Source: Octopus bimaculoides (Eukaryota). From it: a stretch of DNA of 64,000 nt. Shown here in pieces: positions 57,801 to 64,000 of this stretch. Under the pieces are notes generated by a model that saw only the letters and a program-made list of their open reading frames with translations, was not told the origin of the DNA and ran no database searches. The stretch covers positions 37,120,538-37,184,537 of the forward strand of contig NC_069002.1 of assembly GCF_001194135.2 (NCBI RefSeq). Reading direction: 5' to 3'. Position 1 is the stretch's first letter. Every line of letters starts with the position of its first letter. The translations under genes and the position numbers were made by a program.

Positions 57801-59208
57801 CACCACTGGCTGGGGTCTTCTTGGAATCACCTAAAAATTATGAAAAAATACACATTTTATTTATATCCACACAAAATCCAAATCTGTTCACAATAAACCC
57901 TACCTATAGTGGCACCAAGACTGGGTGATGCTATTAACAGTAAAGGATCCTGGTAGGTGCAGACTCCAGTTATTAAAGCTCGAATGAAATAATTAAATGA
58001 GACTTAATAAGGCTCAACTTTCAAAGACCCTCATCAGTTTCAGCTACTCCAAAAGAGAACCATTCTTCAGATCATTAATGCCTTCCTCTTTATTGCTAAT
58101 CATAGTGTACAGTTACCATTTATGGTAAATTGCCACACCAGATTATTGAACCAACTGGAATACTTTATTCACAACTGGCAAAGGGCCAGTTTCACGGTTT
58201 AGTATTCAGATTACTCTGCCAAGTGTAATGCTTATCGACTCACATTGCTTTGAATTAATCAGGCATTGTCTCATAGCTTTGACATTTTGGTGATATGATA
58301 GTTTATTTTTAGAATGACATTGTAGGGTAGGTGGGAGAGGCTGGATCTGGCTGGTTTGAACATAAAACGAGTAGAATATTTGAGCCAGACACGGCCAGTT
58401 CAAATGCTAAAAGGTTAACGTGTAAGTGAAATAGAACAGTTGAAAACTGAAACCAGGTCACGAGGATTAAATCTAAGCTCTATATCTCTTGCCCTAGCTT
58501 AAAATGCAAGATTAAAAATTAATTCACTCCAATCTACCAAGTAAGAATAGGGACCACCATTATAACCACACTTACCTGATGGCAATAACTTAAATTAGCA
58601 AATGTGAAAGTCTGCTAGAAATTACCCCCTACTGTCTTTATAAAGCAACAAATGTAGTCTTAGAAGACAATGTCAGAGGAAAAGACAGTAAGGTCTCATA
58701 GATCTGGGGATCAAAGCTAAACCTGTTGTACATATTGCTTTTTACAATATTAGAGCTACTCATTATTTTACTTACAGCACTATTACTGTATTTTCTGACC
58801 CAAATTAACAAGAAGAAAAAAGGAGATCAACTTTAGGCACCGAATTGACTTTGGAGGACCAAACATTCCATGTGAAATGCAGTGGGATTTGGAAAGACAG
58901 GAACAATATTTGAAGGATTACACTAGATACTACACTGATTTGTAATGCTGGAAAATTATGGTCAGTCAATTCTAAATGTCCACTGACATAAATATAGTCT
59001 GCTGAGAAGTTAGTGACAACACAGTAACCAATAGTAGAACACAATACCTGATTGTTTACTGGCAGGAGTCCGAGGTGAACGCTGACTTGCTTTGGGAGTT
59101 TCTTCTTTCACCTTACTTTTTGCTCCTTTTGCTGCTGCCCTACAAATGAGAACCATAAAGTTTTCAACATAGTTTAGCAATTAAATAGCAAGAAAGCAAA
59201 ACCTATTG

Positions 59209-59246
<38 letters not shown>

Positions 59247-60066
59247 CGTGTGTAAATGGAAAGAAAACAGAACTTCAATATTCAAGTTTTGTATAAAACA
59301 ATGAACAATCCTTTTGTATGGTAAATTAGATTCTAAAATAACTAAAGTAATAATAAAACAAGTGAATAGTTTACCAAAGTTAAACTCTTTTGATGCCAAT
59401 CTGTCTAAGACTACTTTTAGTTCTAATATGAACTTAAAATGTTCGTATTTAAATTAAAGCTTCTATCATAAACTTCATGTGAAAAATATTTTGCAGTTTT
59501 AAACACTTGCTCAATAACAAGAAACTTATTTTACTAAATCTTTACAAAAATGTATCTTAACAGAAATATAGTCACCAGAAGGTGAAAGATATCAACACAC
59601 TATTCCAAAATTTGGTATAGAGTAACAAAGCTTTTGTCCACCTATCTGATTATTTGCTAATTATACCAATTATATTTGTTGAAAGAGTTCCGAGCCATAA
59701 ACTAACTTGGTCAAACCATAGAAATATGTAGAAAAAATGCTGAAATAATTACAGCCACATAATTATTACTTAGTACCATTAAGTAGCCAAGACAAACTGA
59801 ACTCTCTATTTACACAAGATACGCAAAGATTACTTCTATAACTCTGTAGATAAGAGAAAATGGAGGTATACAACAATAAAATCAACTTACTTTCCTTTAG
59901 GCGAAGGGCTGGCAGCACGTGTCTTGGGAGTGGGCTGCTTAGCTGTAGTGGAGGAACTTTGACTGCGAGACACTCGAATAATGGGACTTGGAGAAGCAGA
60001 AGCTTTTACAGCCGCCCGAGGGCTACGCCGTGGGGCTGGACTAGATTCTTCACCTCTGCGTGGCAT
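41575..60066 (-). CDS. Uncharacterised ~2,107-aa protein: ~1,775-aa low-complexity N-terminus plus C-terminal EEP (CCR4/nocturnin/Angel/PDE12-like) phosphoesterase domain; 8 coding exons
   Basis: Minus-strand exons 60066-59891, 59139-59048, 57830-52556, 47817-47685, 46342-46163, 45304-45119, 43933-43853 and 41775-41575 join in frame (6324 nt). EEP motifs [30 protein letters not shown] and FPSDH are all present. An in-frame TGA upstream of the ATG supports the start. Confidence 0.9.
42725..43405 (+). mobile_element. piggyBac remnant (PGBD2/3-like): C-terminal transposase plus intact right end
   Basis: Across a frameshift: MGCVDLLDS / [34 protein letters not shown], then a degenerate CRD (C..WLCLNK). 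Subterminal direct repeats tgtgccaaatttggacca x2; terminus CTAGAGGG|TTAA at 43405-43409. Confidence 0.8.
43853..43933 (-). CDS. EEP-protein coding exon 7 ([27 protein letters not shown])
   Basis: ttacag acceptor, gtaaga donor, 81 nt; H....L.SAY motif. Confidence 0.9.
45119..45304 (-). CDS. EEP-protein coding exon 6 (IARAIREVV...ICGDFNSSP...)
   Basis: ttttag acceptor, gtaggt donor, 186 nt; catalytic GDFN motif. Confidence 0.93.
46163..46342 (-). CDS. EEP-protein coding exon 5 (DIQEM...[20 protein letters not shown])
   Basis: gtatag acceptor, gtaagt donor, 180 nt. Confidence 0.9.
47685..47817 (-). CDS. EEP-protein coding exon 4 ([28 protein letters not shown]...)
   Basis: atttcag acceptor, gtaaat donor, 133 nt; GY.G...KR....EG...FYK.SRF is typical of CCR4-family EEP domains. 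Confidence 0.92.
47923..48880 (-). mobile_element. piggyBac remnant (PGBD4-like) transposase pseudogene
   Basis: Across frameshifts: [74 protein letters not shown], and a Cys-rich tail [37 protein letters not shown]. Confidence 0.88.
49472..49599 (-). mobile_element. Family-C SINE/RTE-tail repeat
   Basis: catcatcatcgtttaacgtccgctttccatgctagcatgggttggacg...; near-identical to 3992-4107. Confidence 0.78.
50123..50515 (+). mobile_element. Near full-length CORE-type tRNA-derived SINE (family A)
   Basis: Head ggagtggctgtgtggtaagtag (A-box), gggttcattccc (B-box), CORE-like gcatctcgggaaagtgtcttc, an internal (TA)n, and tail ...gaaacaagtaaaagagtaaaaag. Many partial copies in the window. Confidence 0.82.
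51130..51320 (+). mobile_element. Family-C SINE/RTE-tail repeat
   Basis: ttggcattaggaagggcatccagctgtagaaactctgcc...gcatggaaagtggacattaaacaacgatgatga. Confidence 0.78.
52556..57830 (-). CDS. EEP-protein coding exon 3: 5,275-nt giant exon (IDR plus start of the EEP domain)
   Basis: Contains the 1697-aa ORF of the track. tttttag acceptor at 57831, gtaagt donor at 52555; ends ...[20 protein letters not shown]. Confidence 0.93.
58195..58414. mobile_element. piggyBac-type MITE copy
   Basis: tttagtattcagattactctg ... caaatgctaaaagg|ttaa; same family as 25539-25756. Confidence 0.72.
59048..59139 (-). CDS. EEP-protein coding exon 2 ([30 protein letters not shown])
   Basis: tttgtag acceptor, gtattg donor, 92 nt, phase 2 to 1 fits both neighbours. 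Confidence 0.87.
59891..60066 (-). CDS. EEP-protein coding exon 1 ([17 protein letters not shown]...SPSPKGK)
   Basis: Exon starts at 60089 after a ttttccag acceptor; ATG at 60066; gtaagt donor; phase 2. An upstream non-coding exon must exist but was not located. Confidence 0.85.
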
Positions 60067-60844
60067 ATTGCAATTCTAATATCATAAACCTGGAAAAAAA
60101 TTTTTATATAAGTTTTTGGGAGGGGTTTTTTTTTTTCAGTTTAACAAAATTGAATCTATATTTATGAGCTACATTAAAATTAGATAACTTAGAATAAAAA
60201 CAGAAAATTCATGAGACTTTAATCCAAAAAGATAGTAGCTTCTATCTCCAAGAATGAATTCAGGAAAACAGTGCATACTATTTTGCCATGCATGTAGGAG
60301 GTGAAAGTACCCTGCATAATAGACAGGTACCTGCCAAAAACATTTAAGTTTTCTTTCTGACAGTTTTCAGTGTACTTATAAACAAGTATTACATACAACA
60401 CGATCATTATGAATACTAACTAGGTTTTGGGTTTTTTCTTTATCGTGAACAGTTAAACGAGAAAGCAGTAAGCATGCAGCAAGAAAATAAAGATCATAAA
60501 CAGAGAATTTGTGTATTACAAGTCCAACCCTATGCACAGCCTTTTATGCTAATTCAAATGAATGATTTTCTGAAAAATACAACAAATCTTCCAAAGACAG
60601 AATGCAAAATTCACATAAGATAATCACAACAAACAACATTATTAGCACATCTTTCAACTTGATTCCATTTAATAACCATACAGCCATCCAAATGCTTCCT
60701 CTATGACAATTAAATACCCATCCAAACTTCATTAACAAAATATTACCACTGAGCACTCCACTGCAAACTTATCTCCTTCTCAACTAGTCCTACACACACC
60801 AACACACTGTGAGGTAGCCATGCATCTCTTCTACAGCAAGACAC

Positions 60845-60877
<33 letters not shown>

Positions 60878-61124
60878 GCATATATATATATATACACACA
60901 CACACATACAATAACTTCATATTTTCCCCCCCTCTTCTCACTCCGTTTCATCATTTCTCTCACATCCTTCATCCTTTCCTGTCCCTCTTCTCTTCCCATC
61001 CTCTCCTCCCTCTCTCTCTCCCCCTCCTCTCCTTCACTATCTTTTTCTACCCCCTCCTCTCCCCCACTGTCTCTCTTTCTCTCTCTCCGTCTCTGTAACA
61101 CCCAAGGGAGAGGAAAGTCCTCAT

Positions 61125-61954
61125 GAGATGATGGACAAAGGTTGCAAATCGACTCAACCAACATCCCAAAAGTAGCAAAAGGTCCCGCCTAAAACCAACA
61201 CTGATGGAGATTGAAAGAAGGCTGCAACAATCCTATGTGAGGGAGAGAGCAGACAAAGGAGCCAGGTTTATAAAAAACATTAAGTCAAACCCAAAGGCAT
61301 TCTTTCATTACGCCAGAGAAACAGCCTCAGTACGCTGCAAGACAGGACCCTTCCAACTAGGATCAGTGAGGTACTGAATGACCAGTTCAAAAGTGTCTTT
61401 ACCACCCAGTTGGAACACAGAGAAGCGAACGAACCAGTGGACTTCTTTGCCGCCTCACCTATAACCAGTGAGGCAGTTACAATGGAATACATTGACATTA
61501 GCGAAGAAAATATACTACTAGCTGTAGATGAAGTGGACACAAACTCAACTGCTGGTCCTGATGGTTTCCCAGCAATCCTCCTAAAATTGTGTAAGCATGC
61601 CCAGGCAAAACCCCTCCAGATTCTCTTCCAGAGCTTTCTTGCAAATGGCAGACTGCCAAGCAAGCTGAAGGGGGGAATAATATGCCCAATCCATAAAGGG
61701 GGAAGCAGAGCAGATGCCAAAAACTATAGGACTATCTCTCTGACTTCACACATCAGCAAAGTCATGGAACGGATAGTCAGAGGGAAACTAATCGCATTCC
61801 TTGAAGAAAATAACTTGCTGAGTGATACCCAACATGGCTTTCGACCAGGTAGGAGCTGCCTGGCCCAGCTCTTACAACATTATGACTGGGTGTTGAGGCA
61901 GTTACTCAACAACTCAAATGTGGACGTAATATACCTTGATTTTGCAAAAGCTTT
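61125..61954 (+). mobile_element. CR1-clade LINE reverse transcriptase fragment (N-terminal RT subdomains)
   Basis: IKSNPKAFFHY ... AGPDGFPAILLK ... ICPIHKGGSRADAKNYRTISLTSHISKVMERIV ... QHGFRPGRSCLAQLL ... VDVIYLDFAKAF; truncated immediately afterwards. Confidence 0.9.
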
Positions 61955-62339
61955 TTTATTGGGTTTTTATTTTTGCTGAACCGCTAAGTTACAGAGATGC
62001 AGACACACCAGCATCTGTTGTCAAGTGATGGTGGGGGATCAAACAGACACACAAATATATACACACACAGACACACATACATACAACAAACTTCTCTCTT
62101 TTTCCATCTACCAAATCCACTCACAAGGCTTTGGTCGGCCTGAGGCTATAGAAAAAGACTCTTGCCCAAGTATATATATATATATATGCATGCGCACGCG
62201 TACCTATACATATGCACATGTGCCTATTTGTATGCACGCGCATACCTGTCTATACGTATAAGTAACACTAATAATAAATCAAGGCATAAAAGTAAACAAG
62301 CTTTTGACGGCTTTACAGATATTTCAAAATTATGATACT

Positions 62340-62380
62340 TTTATGCTAGGTGGTTCAATTAGTTTGTCCAACCCTTGTAT
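62340..62380. mobile_element. Tc1-like terminal inverted repeat end (duplicated at about 62980-63022 across the gap)
   Basis: Minus strand reads TA|CAAGGGTTGGACAAACTAATTGAACCACC, resembling Tc1 TIRs with a TA target. Confidence 0.45.
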
Positions 62381-62395
62381 ATACATACATATACA

Positions 62396-62433
<38 letters not shown>

Positions 62434-63055
62434 NNNNNNNNNNNNNNNNNNNNNNNNNNNNNNNNNNNNNNNNNNNNNNNNNNNNNNNNNNNNNNNNNNN
62501 NNNNNNNNNNNNNNNNNNNNNNNNNNNNNNNNNNNNNNNNNNNNNNNNNNNNNNNNNNNNNNNNNNNNNNNNNNNNNNNNNNNNNNNNNNNNNNNNNNNN
62601 NNNNNNNNNNNNNNNNNNNNNNNNNNNNNNNNNNNNNNNNNNNNNNNNNNNNNNNNNNNNNNNNNNNNNNNNNNNNNNNNNNNNNNNNNNNNNNNNNNNN
62701 NNNNNNNNNNNNNNNNNNNNNNNNNNNNNNNNNNNNNNNNNNNNNNNNNNNNNNNNNNNNNNNNNNNNNNNNNNNNNNNNNNNNNNNNNNNNNNNNNNNN
62801 NNNNNNNNNNNNNNNNNNNNNNNNNNNNNNNNNNNNNNNNNNNNNNNNNNNNNNNNNNNNNNNNNNNNNNNNNNNNNNNNNNNNNNNNNNNNNNNNNNNN
62901 NNNNNNNNNNNNNAATAATAAATCAAGGCATAAAAGTAAACAAGCTTTTGACGGCTTTACAGATATTTCAAAATTATGATACTTTTATGCTAGGTGGTTC
63001 AATTAGTTTGTCCAACCCTTGTATATACATACATATACATGTGCATATATATATA

Positions 63056-63767
63056 AGTTGGTTCATCTGGGACACCTGACAGGAAGAGGTCCAGCCTCGT
63101 CTTGAAGACACCTATATCCACCGCATGCAGGTCTCTCAGATCCTTCGGGAGGATATTGAAGAGCTGTGGGCCTTTGAAGCCCAGGCTATTGCAGTATCTT
63201 GTCCTACATCTTGATGGCAAATTTGGAGTCCTTGGCACTATGCAATGGCGTCCAGTTCTTTTACTTGTGTAACTTTCGATGCCAAAGTTTGGGACAATTC
63301 CTTCGAGGATCTTCCAGATGTATATTATGGCCTATCTTTCTCGTCTACACTCTAAGGAATAGAGTCTTAATCTCTTGAGTCTTCCCCAGTAGCTTATATG
63401 CTGCTTAGAGGCTGTCTTTTTCGTGTAGTTTCGTTGGATTGACTGAAGTTCTGAGATTAATTTGACACTGGTTGGTGACCATAACTGAGAGAAATAGTCA
63501 AATTGGCTTAGAACAAGTGTCCACCAGAGCACCATCATGGTTTCCTGATCTCTAGTTCTAAAAGTCCTAAGAATCCATCTGGTCAGCCGGCTGCATTTCA
63601 TTGCCAATTTAGCAACATGCACATGGAAGGAAGCATCATTACTCATGTAAATGCCCAGGTCTCGCACTCACTGTGCCTCTGGAATTGCAATCCCACTCGG
63701 TCCAGTGTATTTAATTGGTATTGCATGCTGATAGCACAAGGCTTCAAACTTTTCAGCATTAAACTGT
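63056..63767 (-). mobile_element. CR1-clade LINE ORF2 C-terminal fragment
   Basis: QFNAEKFE ... RDLGIYMS ... ILRTFRTRD ... LWSP ... LESIQR-like ... YWGRLKRLRLYSLECRRER ... GPQLFNILPKDLR ... FKTRLDLFLSGVPDEP. Confidence 0.88.
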
Positions 63768-64000
63768 ATATTTATATATAAGTATAGATATATATATACA
63801 TATATATGCACATAAATATGTATATATGAATGTATATATATGTATGTATATATATGTATATCTATGTATATATATATGTATATCTATGTATATATATATA
63901 TGTATATCTATGTATATATATATATGTATATCTATGTATATATATATATATATCTATGTATATATATATATATCTATGTATATATATATATCTATGTATA
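63768..64000. repeat. Compound (TA)n/(TATC)/(TATG) microsatellite
   Basis: Repeating tatatatatatctatgta units to the window end. Confidence 0.9.

Noticed and set aside
56861-57928. + strand ORFs (211, 138, 89, 78 aa) overlapping the giant exon
   Set aside because: Antisense shadows of a low-complexity coding exon (poly-S/L from GAA/GAG codons).
58576-58611. 36-nt minus-strand candidate poison exon with a perfect CAG|GTAAGT donor and an in-frame TAA
   Set aside because: The acceptor lacks a pyrimidine tract and lies in a dispersed repeat fragment; too weak without reads.
62270-63055. Exact ~140-bp duplication on both sides of the 480-N gap
   Set aside because: Identical copies flanking a gap and ending in (TA)n are a contig-overlap assembly artefact.

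Overview
AT-rich, repeat-dense animal genomic DNA with (TA)n/(CA)n microsatellites and 8 N-gaps. The SINE/MITE families look cephalopod-like (probably Octopus); this is an inference from repeat recognition, not a search. Two convergent multi-exon genes were reconstructed by hand from GT-AG boundaries and reading phase. (1) + strand KAT7/HBO1 (MYST2) histone acetyltransferase: 13 coding exons, 11471-30288, 535 aa, with intact CCHHC finger and MYST domain. (2) - strand uncharacterised ~2,107-aa protein: 8 coding exons, 60066-41575. It has ~1,775 aa of low-complexity sequence (basic, S/T/P-rich, ~20 S/T-P-x-K/R sites, a novel-looking KPxxxHxxG repeat) fused to a catalytically intact CCR4/nocturnin/Angel/PDE12-type EEP phosphoesterase domain, with no LRR. 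Introns and intergenic DNA hold tRNA-derived SINEs, RTE and CR1 LINE fragments, a Tc1/mariner remnant, two different piggyBac remnants, TTAA MITEs, a Merlin-like MITE and a Helentron-type HINE. The best leads are the giant IDR-EEP enzyme, a cluster of candidate microexons in KAT7 intron 8, and a chain of SINEs inserted serially at one target. No CRISPR array, rRNA or intact tRNA gene was seen. Almost all short ORFs in the supplied track are microsatellite or repeat noise.
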